DNA from: a virus | Length of the DNA stretch: 64,000 nt | Strand: one strand, 5' to 3' | Virus record (IMG/VR): IMGVR_UViG_3300042397_002774 | Location: 32,001-96,000 of that record | Part shown: positions 27,940-38,956 of the stretch, one piece after another | How the letters are laid out: the number at the start of each line of letters is the position of its first letter | How positions within the stretch are numbered: the stretch's first letter is position 1 | Notes under the pieces: generated by a model | The model's input: the letters and a program-made list of their open reading frames with translations, nothing else | Databases searched by the model: none | What the model was told of the DNA's origin: nothing | Made by a program: the position numbers and the translations under genes

Positions 27940-29229
27940 TTATATTTTCCCCAAACCGTGGTACGATTGGCCTTGTTTAATGGTTACCGGATATTTTAAT
28001 GTATTTATTATATCCGAAATTAATTCTTTATCTTCTTCACTATAATCAAATAAGAAAGCATCATAAGTATACAATACTAATTTTGTTTTTTTACCTTCTA
28101 ATTTACTTAATACTAATCTTAGTAATTCAACATTAGTTGATGTTTCTTTACTTTGAACTATGTAATTAAATAACTTTGATCGAGTCATATCAGCGTCAGG
28201 CATAAATATCTTATTATCTGTCGCTAAGTATTTTCCATATTGGTAAGTATCCCACATACCATCTATGTAAGATAATACTTTTTCAAAAAATGGTTTTGAT
28301 TGATATTCAGACCAAACACCACCATATAATTGCTTAAATGTTAGTTCTTTAGCTTCTTGTTGTGTTACACCTAATATTTCACCTAGATATTCATATGTGT
28401 TTCTATCTTTAGGAAAATTAAATCCAACTAATTCACCAATTAATCGTGGATGATAACCCTGGAAATCAATTTCAATGAATTTATCATTTTCTGATTTAAA
28501 ACAGGCGCGTTCACCATCATCTTTATTTAATGCTGCGAAATTAATGCTATTAAATGTATTAGATGGGCGTGAAGTTGTGGTATATAGATTATATTGAGTG
28601 TATATTCTACTGCGATTTAAATTAAATTGTGGGTTGGTTAATTTCCCATTGTAATAATCAATAAAGCAGTTTTTATCGACCATTATGCCGTTTTTTTCAA
28701 TATGATAAAATACATCTGATGTGTAGAAATTTTGGAATTGGAATGGTGTATCACCTAGTGTGGGTTGTTTAATGATAGGTAATACCATATCAAATATAGT
28801 TTCACACATTTCATAATGTTTACTAATTGGTATTAGGCAGTTAACATTAGGTAATGAATAGTATTTACTATAATAATAATTAATACAGGTATTGTCCAAT
28901 GACTTGATATCAACTTGTTCAATAAAGTTTACATCATATAATTTATCAGACAATGGATATAAGTAATGTAATGCTTTTTTCTTATCTAATGTCCATAACT
29001 TATCAGTGTTGTTTAATAACCAATCAGTTAGTTCTGGTTTGTCTATACCAAATGATTCATTGTGATTTAAACAAAATATGTATCCCTTTTTATCCTTAAG
29101 TGGCCTAAGATATATTAAACTTAACTCAGTAAGAGATGGATGGAAATTGTCATTGAATGGGATGAACCGAATGAAGCAATCTCCAAATGCGCGAGGCAAT
29201 TGCGATGATTTTTCAACAATATAAAACAT
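27940..29229 (-). CDS. Truncated family A DNA polymerase-like protein
   Basis: TTTSRPS, motif A IEIDFQGYHPRL, motif B AKELTFKQLYG, NYIVQS, motif C YTYDAFLF. Confidence 0.78.
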   Translation of the reverse strand: MFYIVEKSSQLPRAFGDCFIRFIPFNDNFHPSLTELSLIYLRPLKDKKGYIFCLNHNESFGIDKPELTDWLLNNTDKLWTLDKKKALHYLYPLSDKLYDVNFIEQVDIKSLDNTCINYYYSKYYSLPNVNCLIPISKHYEMCETIFDMVLPIIKQPTLGDTPFQFQNFYTSDVFYHIEKNGIMVDKNCFIDYYNGKLTNPQFNLNRSRIYTQYNLYTTTSRPSNTFNSINFAALNKDDGERACFKSENDKFIEIDFQGYHPRLIGELVGFNFPKDRNTYEYLGEILGVTQQEAKELTFKQLYGGVWSEYQSKPFFEKVLSYIDGMWDTYQYGKYLATDNKIFMPDADMTRSKLFNYIVQSKETSTNVELLRLVLSKLEGKKTKLVLYTYDAFLFDYSEEDKELISDIINTLKYPVTIKQGQSYHGLGKI

Positions 29230-29272
29230 AACCTTTTTTTTGTAGACTTAAATGTAATATAAAAACTTTGAC

Positions 29273-29767
29273 TTAAAAAGTTTCTTCTTGAAGATAAAGT
29301 TTTATTCCAGGCATTTTTTTATCGGCCTGTTCTACTTCATCTATGTTAAAAGTTCCCCCTTTTCTAAAACCTCCTGTTACATCACAATTTAATACTACTG
29401 TTTGGTATAAAGGATTATTTTTAACAGAATTATAAGTATCAATATTTATTTCTTTTATATAAACAGGAATAGTATGGATGTATTTAATAAAATATCTTAA
29501 CACAAACTTTTCATCAGTTGATATATTCCCTTCTTCATTTTCTTCAGAAATAACATCATTTAAATTAAAATAATATCCATTTATTTTATTATTTTCAACT
29601 AAACTAGATGCTAGTATTAACTGTTTTGATCTTCCTGTATATACTTTTCCAGGATATGCTTTGCCCTTCACTTCACAATAATATCCTGTATAGGGATTAT
29701 AATTAGAATCTAAATATTTTTCCCCTGATGTATAATTTACTTTTGCTATATTTTTAGGTGCTCTCAT
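29273..29767 (-). CDS. Hypothetical (probably virion) protein
   Basis: YTSGE..YTGYY. End of the tail operon. Confidence 0.55.
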   Translation of the reverse strand: MRAPKNIAKVNYTSGEKYLDSNYNPYTGYYCEVKGKAYPGKVYTGRSKQLILASSLVENNKINGYYFNLNDVISEENEEGNISTDEKFVLRYFIKYIHTIPVYIKEINIDTYNSVKNNPLYQTVVLNCDVTGGFRKGGTFNIDEVEQADKKMPGIKLYLQEETF

Positions 29768-32700
29768 TATAAATTTTTAAGTATATAATCTTTAATTGTT
29801 TTACCTTCATTAGCAGCTTTATCAGTTGAAAGTTCACCATGTCCGAAAATTTGGTTCTTTTTAAATCCTAAAAATTGTATAAGACGAGCGGCTGCTATTA
29901 CTTGAACAGGTAGTACATCTGCATCATTCTTTGCTACTACCTCTACTCCTATTGATTTACCGTTATAGTTTCCAGCATGCCATCCTTTAGCTCCATCTGG
30001 CATAAATCTATAAATTCCTCCATTCCTTCCAATTACATATTGTGCTGGTAAGCCTCTGTCATAGAAAGTTCTATATGTGTGTATTGAGCCTTCACGTCCG
30101 TCTCTTCCATCACCACCTGCTGTATGGTGAACAACAAATATTGTTGGAGGAGAGGAAATAGTACCTAAATTAAATCTATTTAATTTTGTATCATCAATAA
30201 TTCCCGCTTCTGTCAATATTGGGATTTTTTGTTTTGATAAATCTATATCTGATGTTCCTTTTGTAAAGGTGTATTTTGGATAGTATTTAGAGAAATTTTG
30301 AGTTGATACTGCTTCTCCTACTTTAACTAAAGTCCCTCCTTCTGCATTTTTTACATTTTCTTTCCATGTTCCAGTACCATCTGTGTAGTTAGAACTTCTT
30401 AATCCCCCACCACCATTTCTAACTTTAGCAGTAGCACTAGTAACTCTACTTCCTTGTAAAGTAACATCAAATAAATCTACTTCTTCACCATCTGGGTCTT
30501 CTAGAATAATTGTTTGTCCCTCTAATTTAGTTGTCCAACCACTGTCATTAATTGTATGTCCTATACCTGTTAAAATATATCCTAATCTTCTACCAACTTC
30601 ACCATCAGTTTTATATCCTTTAGGAAGTAAATCTGGGTGGATATTAAACATATGTCCTATAATTAGATTTGATATACCATCTATTTCTAATGATAGTTTT
30701 GTTGGGATAATTGCTTTAAATTTAATTGGATTTGCAGACAATGCTCTAAAAATTGCTATAACATCTCTAAGAGCACCTTCATATTTAGATGCTTCAGTTA
30801 CTTCAAAATCTGCTTCAAAATCACCAATCCAGCTTTTACCCATCCAACTAATAAATTCATATATAGGTAATAAATTAGTTAATAAATTTTCTAATTGAAT
30901 AGCAGTGCTATCATCAGCACTTGTTGTATTCATAGCATTTATTTTTTTCTTTAAACGGTCTTTTACACCTTGGTTAAAACCAACCATAGTATCATTTTCT
31001 AAGCCTAATTGACCACCCCCTGTTTGGGCTCCTATTGCTACGATAGAAGATTGTTCAGAAAATATTTGTGATTCTAATGAATAATTTCTTACAGTAGACC
31101 ACAAACCATTATATTTTCCTGTTGGTTTACCATCTTCTGAATAGAATGTAAATGCATTATTATAAGCATCTGCTTTATTTTGTGTATCTACAAAGTTGAT
31201 GTCTATAATTCTAGCTATATTATCTACAGGATCAACGTGTATATCAAAATTATTTACATTTCCTGTCGCAGTAGATATATCTGCTAGCATTTTCTTTAGA
31301 AAATCATACAGATTAATAGTATTTTTTTCAGTTTTATCTCCTCCTTCTAATCCAGGGTCTTTACTTATTTTTAACAAATAACGTAAACTAACATATATAT
31401 TTCCTATTTGACCTAAACCTGCTTTACAAGCGGCATCGGGAGTGCCACTATCATCAGCTACAGAAAATGGTTTTAAATTATCCATAAATGCAAGAGCATT
31501 TGCGGCACCTTTTTGAGCATCTTTTACTTCTTTTGTTTTTCGCTCTAATTCAATTTGAGCTGTAATTGTTGCTTTTTTAGTTTTAATTATACCTAAATCT
31601 GTTCCTTTTAAATTCTTTAAACCTAAAGAAATACCTTCTATCTCTGATTCTAGAAAAGATGCATCTAGAAAATCATAAAATTGTTCAAATTGATAATAAC
31701 CTTTTCCACCTGTAGATACTTGTGGGGTAATAAACCCATCCTTTTTTTCAACCTTTACTGCTAATTCATATTGTCTTTGCAATTCACGAGCAGCCGAATC
31801 TACATCAATGCCTGCTTTATTACAAGCATCAAAATATCTTGTAAGAGAATCTGCAATAGTTTTTTCATCACTATTATCCTTCACACCCTCAGGTATTACT
31901 GTGTTATTTATTACTATACTAGCAGCAACTTCTACTGTAATTTTGGAGCCTAAAAAATCCATAGTTTTACTTGTACCATCACTATTCTTAACTTGAGGTC
32001 CTGGGTCCCCTACAACAGTTGTAGTTGCTGCTGATCCTGTAGGGGTTGAAGCTAAATCTTCAGGTAATTTAAAAGCTCCCCAAATATCATTTTTAATTAA
32101 ACATACTGTAGGATTTACAGATATTTGTAAAGGATGGCATAAGCCTAATAAATAAGGGGCTTCTGGTTTTTTTAAATTTCCAGAAGACATTTTTACTCCA
32201 TTTTGGTAAGGTCTATCACTTGTTGTTACACCAACAATTGGTTTATTTCCATCTTCTGCTACAATACCTACTGTTATATGGTTATTTATTAACTTACATA
32301 AAGATTCTAGTGTAATATATTTTTGACGATCAGAATCATCAAATTCTTCATCTTCTTCACCTTCTCCGTGTAATTCAATATCCATGGTAAACATATCATA
32401 TGTAACACCATATTTATCAGTTACTTCATACTTAGCACTTTGGTTTTCTGATTCAATAGAACACCACAATTCGTATATTAATCCTGAAATAAAGTTTCTA
32501 GAATAGAATTTTTTTAGATCTTCTGGTTTTGGAGTCTTTGCTGAGGGTGTTATTTTTAAGTACCCATTAGCTTCTAATGATATTAATGATAAATTAGCTG
32601 CTGAGTAGTTTATTTTTAATGATTCTATCATTTCACCGATAGAAATCAGAGTTGTTGAGCAATCATATCCTCCATCTGGTCTTGCAGACCATTTATAATT

Positions 32701-33327
32701 TTTTACTATACCTAAGAATCCACCATAATTTCCCTGTGCTCTTTCCTCTTTTTCAAATAATTGTTGAAATACATTTTGATAATCTTTATCAATGAGACTG
32801 CTATCAAATATATTAAATGGAGTTTCTGGGGTTGTTACTAAATCTCCATTATTATTAATATAAGCAGTCCAACCCCATTCTAATAATACAGAATAACCTG
32901 GTCTCATGTAAAGTAATTCTAAATCTTCTAATTGAGTTATATCCCAACAATTAAAATTTATTGTTACTTCTCTTAATGAACCATAAGCACCTTTTGATTT
33001 AACCTCAGCACTTGTAATACCAGGCATTGGTCTAATACCATACAAATGTGTTTTACCGCTTGGTGTTTGCAATGAATATGCATTTTCAGGACCTTTTCCT
33101 ACACCACTTCTTAATTTATCATTGTGTAAAGCACCACCTAATAAAACATAATTTTTAGCTAAGGCTCCACTATCTCCATTCACATCAACAGATGAAGACA
33201 TTCTTAACCATGCCTTTGCACCGTTGTGGATTGATATGTCTGTTAAATTACGTCTATTAAGAGCCTCTCCTCTTTTTAAGAGTTGCTGTTTGATATGAGA
33301 CGGGAATGATTCTTTAAATATAGACAT
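29767..33327 (-). CDS. Large baseplate hub-like protein with C-terminal N-acetylmuramoyl-L-alanine amidase domain
   Basis: N-terminal RPMPGITS, LYMRPGYSVLLEWGW. C-terminal VVHHTAG, QYVIGRNG, WHAG..N..SIGVE, GHGE (Amidase_2). Confidence 0.72.
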   Translation of the reverse strand: MSIFKESFPSHIKQQLLKRGEALNRRNLTDISIHNGAKAWLRMSSSVDVNGDSGALAKNYVLLGGALHNDKLRSGVGKGPENAYSLQTPSGKTHLYGIRPMPGITSAEVKSKGAYGSLREVTINFNCWDITQLEDLELLYMRPGYSVLLEWGWTAYINNNGDLVTTPETPFNIFDSSLIDKDYQNVFQQLFEKEERAQGNYGGFLGIVKNYKWSARPDGGYDCSTTLISIGEMIESLKINYSAANLSLISLEANGYLKITPSAKTPKPEDLKKFYSRNFISGLIYELWCSIESENQSAKYEVTDKYGVTYDMFTMDIELHGEGEEDEEFDDSDRQKYITLESLCKLINNHITVGIVAEDGNKPIVGVTTSDRPYQNGVKMSSGNLKKPEAPYLLGLCHPLQISVNPTVCLIKNDIWGAFKLPEDLASTPTGSAATTTVVGDPGPQVKNSDGTSKTMDFLGSKITVEVAASIVINNTVIPEGVKDNSDEKTIADSLTRYFDACNKAGIDVDSAARELQRQYELAVKVEKKDGFITPQVSTGGKGYYQFEQFYDFLDASFLESEIEGISLGLKNLKGTDLGIIKTKKATITAQIELERKTKEVKDAQKGAANALAFMDNLKPFSVADDSGTPDAACKAGLGQIGNIYVSLRYLLKISKDPGLEGGDKTEKNTINLYDFLKKMLADISTATGNVNNFDIHVDPVDNIARIIDINFVDTQNKADAYNNAFTFYSEDGKPTGKYNGLWSTVRNYSLESQIFSEQSSIVAIGAQTGGGQLGLENDTMVGFNQGVKDRLKKKINAMNTTSADDSTAIQLENLLTNLLPIYEFISWMGKSWIGDFEADFEVTEASKYEGALRDVIAIFRALSANPIKFKAIIPTKLSLEIDGISNLIIGHMFNIHPDLLPKGYKTDGEVGRRLGYILTGIGHTINDSGWTTKLEGQTIILEDPDGEEVDLFDVTLQGSRVTSATAKVRNGGGGLRSSNYTDGTGTWKENVKNAEGGTLVKVGEAVSTQNFSKYYPKYTFTKGTSDIDLSKQKIPILTEAGIIDDTKLNRFNLGTISSPPTIFVVHHTAGGDGRDGREGSIHTYRTFYDRGLPAQYVIGRNGGIYRFMPDGAKGWHAGNYNGKSIGVEVVAKNDADVLPVQVIAAARLIQFLGFKKNQIFGHGELSTDKAANEGKTIKDYILKNL

Positions 33328-33331
33328 AACA

Positions 33332-33631
33332 TTATTTGTAATTTAAATCGTCAAACATTTTTAATATAGCACCTAAATCTGTTGGTATTCTTAATTGAGT
33401 ACCTGGTGTTAAGAACATAGATCCTTTGTTTATATTATTGTTTGCTGATGATATGATCCACCAATATTCTGGGTTTTTGTAGTATGAATAGGCTAATAGA
33501 TCTAATCTATCTCCTATTGTTGTGATAACATAGATATCATCCTCGGTTAAAGGAATGTTTGGGTATTTCTTTAACTTAAGGTATTTAGTACCTGTTGGTG
33601 TTTGTATAATATCTCTTGTTGTGTATCTCAT
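33332..33631 (-). CDS. LysM-like baseplate wedge / tail X-like protein
   Basis: GDRLDLLAYSYY...WWII..AN...PGTQLRIP. Confidence 0.75.
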   Translation of the reverse strand: MRYTTRDIIQTPTGTKYLKLKKYPNIPLTEDDIYVITTIGDRLDLLAYSYYKNPEYWWIISSANNNINKGSMFLTPGTQLRIPTDLGAILKMFDDLNYK

Positions 33632-35922
33632 TATCTAGCTTGTGATCCTGTTAAAAATCCTGTTCCACTCATTGGGTTATCTAAATAAGATAAAAATCCA
33701 CCTTCTTTATATGTAGATAATTCTTTTCCAATAATAGTAAAACTAAATTGTGCATTTATATACATTGCTAATTTTTCATCTATATCCCAAGATGAAACAT
33801 CAGGTATATCAAAAGAAACTGATGTTAATATTCCTGGTTCTGCAACTAAGTAATTCCCTAATGTTACTTTTGTAATTATTCCTCCTAATCTATTATTACC
33901 ATCATATTTTCCAGCACCTGCTGATTGTAATTGACTTAATGCTCTATGTTTTTCAAGTAAATGAATTCTATTAAAACATGGGACTTGTATGTTAAAACTT
34001 ACATCTCTTTTATGCTCAGTGAAGGTATAAAAACTCTCTGACCTTCCCACATATTTTACTGGGTTCCAAGTTGAGTTTGAATTATATTTAAAACCTGATA
34101 AATATGCTGAGAATACTACTGTTCCTAGGTCAGTAGTGTCAAATGGATTTATTGGATCGAAAGTTACTAGCATTATGTTTCGATCAATTCTATCAAAGTT
34201 GGGAATCGTATCTCGTCCACTAAAATATTTAAAAGAAGGTTTACCACTACCCTTAATCTTTGGATCTCTATCTATGGTAATTTCTTCTGTTTTAAAATTT
34301 GTTTGATTTATTTCAGTTTTTGGAGAATCAGCCATTTCTCCATTTTCATATATTGTTTTTAATTTATTTTCTTCAGGAATGTTCTTTACATTTACAATAG
34401 ATGCTTTAACTAAATTCTTCTTTGCACGTTTACCACTAGCAACAATAACTTCATCTAATTTACTAGATATATTTTCCCAGTCAGATAATTGTTTTTCAGC
34501 ATCTGCTTGAGATATTTTACTAGTAAATGTTTGAGTGCCTGTAGGATCATCTCCTTTTTCCCCTATAAAAGAATCTCCTGATGTTCCAACAAAAGTTGTA
34601 ATCTCTCTACTTCCACCTATATACTCTGTATTTTCTTTAGTATATTTTAATGCAACAAATTTATCAAAAGAGGCAACTGTAAGTGGATTTATTGAAGGGA
34701 TAAAATCTGTCGCTTTGACATCTACAAAAATCTTTCCATTCCCAATATCATCTTGTAATTTACTTGTTGAAACTTCTGTACTATAAAAGAAATCATTTCC
34801 TTGTCTTTTTCTACCTAAGGCCTTAAATTGATCAGTTTCTACAACTTTATTTAATGGGAAGAGGGGTGATAATGGAGATGAAATAGATCCAGTAGTCCAA
34901 ATTTCTTCAGATGTTTCAAATCTGCTTTGTTCGGTTAATGGATTAACAGATATACTTCCAATTATAGTTTGGAATTGTGATTCAACAAGAGCGTCATTTA
35001 TTTTTCTTTTATCTTCAGTAAAAGTATGTCTATTGATAGTAGTTCTTCCTATACCATATAATGAATTAGGACCTCCATTGTAACTATCAATAGTAAATTG
35101 ACTAAGTAATGCTTTTACATCTAGTTTATTTCTTTTAAAATTAGTACGATCAAAATCAGTACGGATAAATTTTTCTCGAAAAAAATCACCACCAAATTCC
35201 TTAGAATATTGTCTTAAAAGTTGATTAGTAGCTCTATTAGCTTGTCTTCCTTCTCTGTTAGTAGCTCTGTTAGCTCGTCTTCCTTCTCTGTTAGTAGCTC
35301 TGTTAGCTCGTCTTCCTTCTCTGTTAGCAATTCTATTTTCTCTTCTTTCTTCTTGTAAATCAAAATCCTCACCAACACCTCCTATATTATCTCCTAAATT
35401 GAATTTATCTGTTAAAGCAACTAATCTATTATTATCAGAATTTTTATTATTTTCAGCAACTACCTTAATGTATTTAATACTATCATCCGTTACTGGGAAA
35501 AGACCATGTCTTGTTAAGTGTCCACCGAATGCTGTAAGAGGGATTTGACGAAGGGTGTTAATACCTAAATTATATAAACGAGTTGAACCAAGCAACCCAC
35601 CAAGACTTTTTTTAGTTTCAAGTTTAGGATTAGATAATTGCAATCCAACTTGTTTAGCTAAAAATAAAGGTCCTTTAGGTAAGTCTTTAAAAAATTTACC
35701 TATACGAATCGTATCAACTATTGAGGCATTTAAAGCTCCTATATGTCCCCCTCTAATTAAACCATCATCAAATTTAGTAAGTCTAAATCTAGTAAGGGGT
35801 TTATCTAAATCTTTTAATTCGGTTTTTACATAAGGTTGCCCACTGTTACCCCCGTCTGAAGTATCATTACCGTACTTCAAACTACGTAGTTTGGTAGCAT
35901 TTAACTGTGTTATTATAGGCAT
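33631..35922 (-). CDS. Baseplate / tail-tube initiator-like structural protein
   Basis: C-terminal FSAYL...WNPVKYVGRSE.FY...R.VSF...PGIL...WDI. Follows the tape measure gene. Confidence 0.55.
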   Translation of the reverse strand: MPIITQLNATKLRSLKYGNDTSDGGNSGQPYVKTELKDLDKPLTRFRLTKFDDGLIRGGHIGALNASIVDTIRIGKFFKDLPKGPLFLAKQVGLQLSNPKLETKKSLGGLLGSTRLYNLGINTLRQIPLTAFGGHLTRHGLFPVTDDSIKYIKVVAENNKNSDNNRLVALTDKFNLGDNIGGVGEDFDLQEERRENRIANREGRRANRATNREGRRANRATNREGRQANRATNQLLRQYSKEFGGDFFREKFIRTDFDRTNFKRNKLDVKALLSQFTIDSYNGGPNSLYGIGRTTINRHTFTEDKRKINDALVESQFQTIIGSISVNPLTEQSRFETSEEIWTTGSISSPLSPLFPLNKVVETDQFKALGRKRQGNDFFYSTEVSTSKLQDDIGNGKIFVDVKATDFIPSINPLTVASFDKFVALKYTKENTEYIGGSREITTFVGTSGDSFIGEKGDDPTGTQTFTSKISQADAEKQLSDWENISSKLDEVIVASGKRAKKNLVKASIVNVKNIPEENKLKTIYENGEMADSPKTEINQTNFKTEEITIDRDPKIKGSGKPSFKYFSGRDTIPNFDRIDRNIMLVTFDPINPFDTTDLGTVVFSAYLSGFKYNSNSTWNPVKYVGRSESFYTFTEHKRDVSFNIQVPCFNRIHLLEKHRALSQLQSAGAGKYDGNNRLGGIITKVTLGNYLVAEPGILTSVSFDIPDVSSWDIDEKLAMYINAQFSFTIIGKELSTYKEGGFLSYLDNPMSGTGFLTGSQAR
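35225..35327. repeat. 33-bp in-frame tandem repeat (x3) encoding REGRRANRATN
   Basis: Units start at 35225, 35258 and 35291. Confidence 0.9.
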
Positions 35923-35937
35923 TCCTTGATTTGTTTA

Positions 35938-36234
35938 TTAATAACGACCGTCAGTTGGACCTAAATCGCTATATTTACGACCTGATTTTGATTTGTATTG
36001 TTTTGCACGTGGGTTGCGTGGTGCCTTAGGATCTAATTCATTTAATGTAGATTCTGGTCTAACTTTAGAAGAACCATTAAAGTCAACTAATTTAACTTTA
36101 GGATCTGTGTGAATTGAATACTGATTGTGTAATTTATCAGTTGCGGTACCAGCAAAATATCCAAATTTTCTAGCTTCTAATCTATTAGCTGTCAAACCCA
36201 ATTTGCTTTTGTCTTTTTGATTAATGATTGCCAT
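35938..36234 (-). CDS. Small basic hypothetical virion protein
   Basis: LHNQYSI, preceded by the late motif at 36260-36267. Confidence 0.55.
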   Translation of the reverse strand: MAIINQKDKSKLGLTANRLEARKFGYFAGTATDKLHNQYSIHTDPKVKLVDFNGSSKVRPESTLNELDPKAPRNPRAKQYKSKSGRKYSDLGPTDGRY

Positions 36235-36272
36235 TTTATTTAATTTAAAATTGTCTATGTATAAATATTAAA

Positions 36273-38930
36273 TTAGGCCGTTTTGTAACGTCCGTTCATA
36301 TTTTGTGTTGTACCTACTTTCACACTATCCATTATCACTACACCTTCTTTATTGATTAATTGACCAATAGCCGCTCTAACTTCATTAAGGGCGGATACTA
36401 CTGGTGATAAATCAATAGATACTCCCCCACCACCACTCTCCCCACCTGTTAAATTTGTACCTACTTTAATTTTACCATCAGCACCATACATTGCTTTATC
36501 ATTTGGATCTAATTGTACAGAACCAAACTCTCCAGTCATTACAGGACCTTTGCTTGGATCAACTATACCATCTTTCATAGCCATATAAGTACCTAAAGAA
36601 GCCATAACAGCTGCTAAACCTGCTATAATCCATACTGTGGCGGCACCAAATGAAACGGCTTCTGCGGCTGTAACTGTAGCTGCTGCTGTCCCTGCGGCAA
36701 GTGTTGCTTCTGTGGCTCTTAAACCTAATAATATTGGTATTTTAGCTATTTGTGCTAATATTCCAGCTTTACTAAGTCCTTCCATTAGGGCTTTTCCTCT
36801 GGCTACAATTAAATCTTTAAGAGCCCAACCATATGCTACTACCTTGGTGGCTAATGATTCTTTTTCTAGAGCTAAGCTTAGTGTTTTAAAAGATAATTTA
36901 CTTCCTTCTGTAGCTAATCCTATTGCTGCTTGAGCATTACCAAAGGTAGTAGCAACATTTTCTGATATTTTACTTGTTAAAGATGCTGCTTGATATCCTG
37001 CTTTTCTACCCATTAATGTTGCTGATAGTCCTTCAGTAACTGCTATTGCTTTACCTATTCCATTTATGGCTAACATTGTTCCATAAATGCCTAAAAATAA
37101 CCCTCCTATTATTTTGATAGGAGTAGCCATATAATTGATTATATTCAAAGCTCCACTTAATAAATCTAAAAAGGAACCTAAAGGGCCTGCTAACAAATCT
37201 CCTACAATTCTTTGTAATTTCTCCATAGCAGCATTAAACTTATCTTGAACATTTTGTCTTTCAAGAGCTTGTGCTGCTTCTTCTTCATTTATTTGAGCTA
37301 AAGATTTACCAGATTTAACCGCTTCTTCTCTTTTTCTTAATTGTTCTGCTAATTTATCAGATGTAGTTCCTAAAGATTGAGCATAAGCATTCTGTGCTAA
37401 TACATTCATATTAGAAAACTTAGCAGCTGTTAAACCTTGGTTTGCTAATTCTTGAGCAACACCAGCCATATCACCTTGTAAAGCTAATGCTCTAGCTCTT
37501 TCTAAATTTAAAGCCTGACCTGTTAGTAGTTCAGCTTTTAATTCATTTTCAATTGATGATTCAAAATTTAATAAAGATTCTGCTTGTGATTTAGTGTCTT
37601 CTAATGTAGTACCTAATGCTTTCATAGTTACTACAGCTCTAGCTATACGTTCAGGGTTATATCCTAAATTAGCAGCTAATTGGCCTGATACTTTAACAGC
37701 TTCAGCTAATGCTGATTTGAAATCAATACCAACTTTAAGTTGGTTTCTCGCTGTTGCTAAACCTCTAACAAATGATCTATATGTTTCTTCAGATGATTTA
37801 CCAGACAATGCAGCATATCTTTGAACTTGAGCTGCTTCATCTGCTTGTAATCCAACCTGTTTAGTTAATTTAATTTGAGTTTCAAGCTGGTCTGCTGTAA
37901 ATTCATAAGCAAATCCAGTTGCCTTTACTAATTCACCAAATGCTTGAGTTAATGTAGCTGTATTTACATTTAGATTTTTAGATGCATTTTGTATATCCAC
38001 CATCTTTTCCCTAAATGCATCTGCTCTTTGAGTTCCATATCCTAATTGCTTTCCTAATTCAACTGCTTGTGCGTTTGCATTTAGAGCTGCTTTGAAGAAG
38101 AAATTAGCAATTTTTAACAATATAGTTAATTGAGTAACAGGATCTTTTAAGGCTTGTCCTATTCCAGAAACAGTTCCTTTTACCCCAGTCATTAACACAT
38201 CCCATTTAGACCCGGTTTTAGCAACTTCCCTCATATCTTCTTTTAGGTTTTCAAAGAAGGTACTACTAATACCTAATTTACCTAAAGCACCAACTATACC
38301 ATCTACTATTTTTCCAGATATTCCTAGCTTTTCAATAATTTTATTTTCCTCATCTAATCTTTGTTGAGTAAGTGTTTGAGCTCTATGTAAATAATTGTTG
38401 TTTTGATCTAGAAATTTACCTTCCTTATCAAACAATCCATTTAATTCTCTATATTGACTTATTTCTTCTAAAACATTTTTAAGACCTCTTTCTTTAGCGT
38501 TTGCTTCAATTCTATCTAAATTCTGACCTTTATATTTAGTATCTAAAAATTCTTTACTTTTATATAACTTTTGAGTTTCTATTTGAAGTTTTTTCTGATT
38601 GCTTATTAAGTCTTGTTTAGATAATCTACTAATATCTTGAGAGTCATATTTTAATTTATCTGCAAGACCACTTATTTTTTTAAAGCTTGAATTAATATCT
38701 CTAGAAGTAACATTAGTTTTAGATAAATCTCTTACAACGTTTTTTAATTGATCTGCTAGATCCGTAAACTCATTAGATAAAGAATCAAAGTGACGTTGAG
38801 AATTGATTAATTCTCTATTAAATTCAGCAGTACTAGCCTTAACTTCATCCATTCGCTTTCTAAGAGCATCAGCGTTTAGACCTGAGTCTTTAAGGTACTG
38901 TTCAATCTGTTTTAATAGTTTCTCATCCAT
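36273..38930 (-). CDS. Tail tape measure protein
   Basis: Long helical Ala/Leu/Gln-rich protein (LLNFESSIENELKAELLTG..LNLERAR) downstream of the tube and chaperone genes. Confidence 0.82.
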   Translation of the reverse strand: MDEKLLKQIEQYLKDSGLNADALRKRMDEVKASTAEFNRELINSQRHFDSLSNEFTDLADQLKNVVRDLSKTNVTSRDINSSFKKISGLADKLKYDSQDISRLSKQDLISNQKKLQIETQKLYKSKEFLDTKYKGQNLDRIEANAKERGLKNVLEEISQYRELNGLFDKEGKFLDQNNNYLHRAQTLTQQRLDEENKIIEKLGISGKIVDGIVGALGKLGISSTFFENLKEDMREVAKTGSKWDVLMTGVKGTVSGIGQALKDPVTQLTILLKIANFFFKAALNANAQAVELGKQLGYGTQRADAFREKMVDIQNASKNLNVNTATLTQAFGELVKATGFAYEFTADQLETQIKLTKQVGLQADEAAQVQRYAALSGKSSEETYRSFVRGLATARNQLKVGIDFKSALAEAVKVSGQLAANLGYNPERIARAVVTMKALGTTLEDTKSQAESLLNFESSIENELKAELLTGQALNLERARALALQGDMAGVAQELANQGLTAAKFSNMNVLAQNAYAQSLGTTSDKLAEQLRKREEAVKSGKSLAQINEEEAAQALERQNVQDKFNAAMEKLQRIVGDLLAGPLGSFLDLLSGALNIINYMATPIKIIGGLFLGIYGTMLAINGIGKAIAVTEGLSATLMGRKAGYQAASLTSKISENVATTFGNAQAAIGLATEGSKLSFKTLSLALEKESLATKVVAYGWALKDLIVARGKALMEGLSKAGILAQIAKIPILLGLRATEATLAAGTAAATVTAAEAVSFGAATVWIIAGLAAVMASLGTYMAMKDGIVDPSKGPVMTGEFGSVQLDPNDKAMYGADGKIKVGTNLTGGESGGGGVSIDLSPVVSALNEVRAAIGQLINKEGVVIMDSVKVGTTQNMNGRYKTA

Positions 38931-38956
38931 AAGTAGTAAATTACCTATATAAATAT

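Noticed and set aside
29249-29280. Host-type promoter upstream of the PolA-like gene
   Set aside because: A -7-like TACATTTA is present but there is no TTTG at the expected spacing, so it was not called.
35225-35327. 33-bp repeats as a CRISPR array
   Set aside because: The units are contiguous with no spacers and stay in frame within a CDS.
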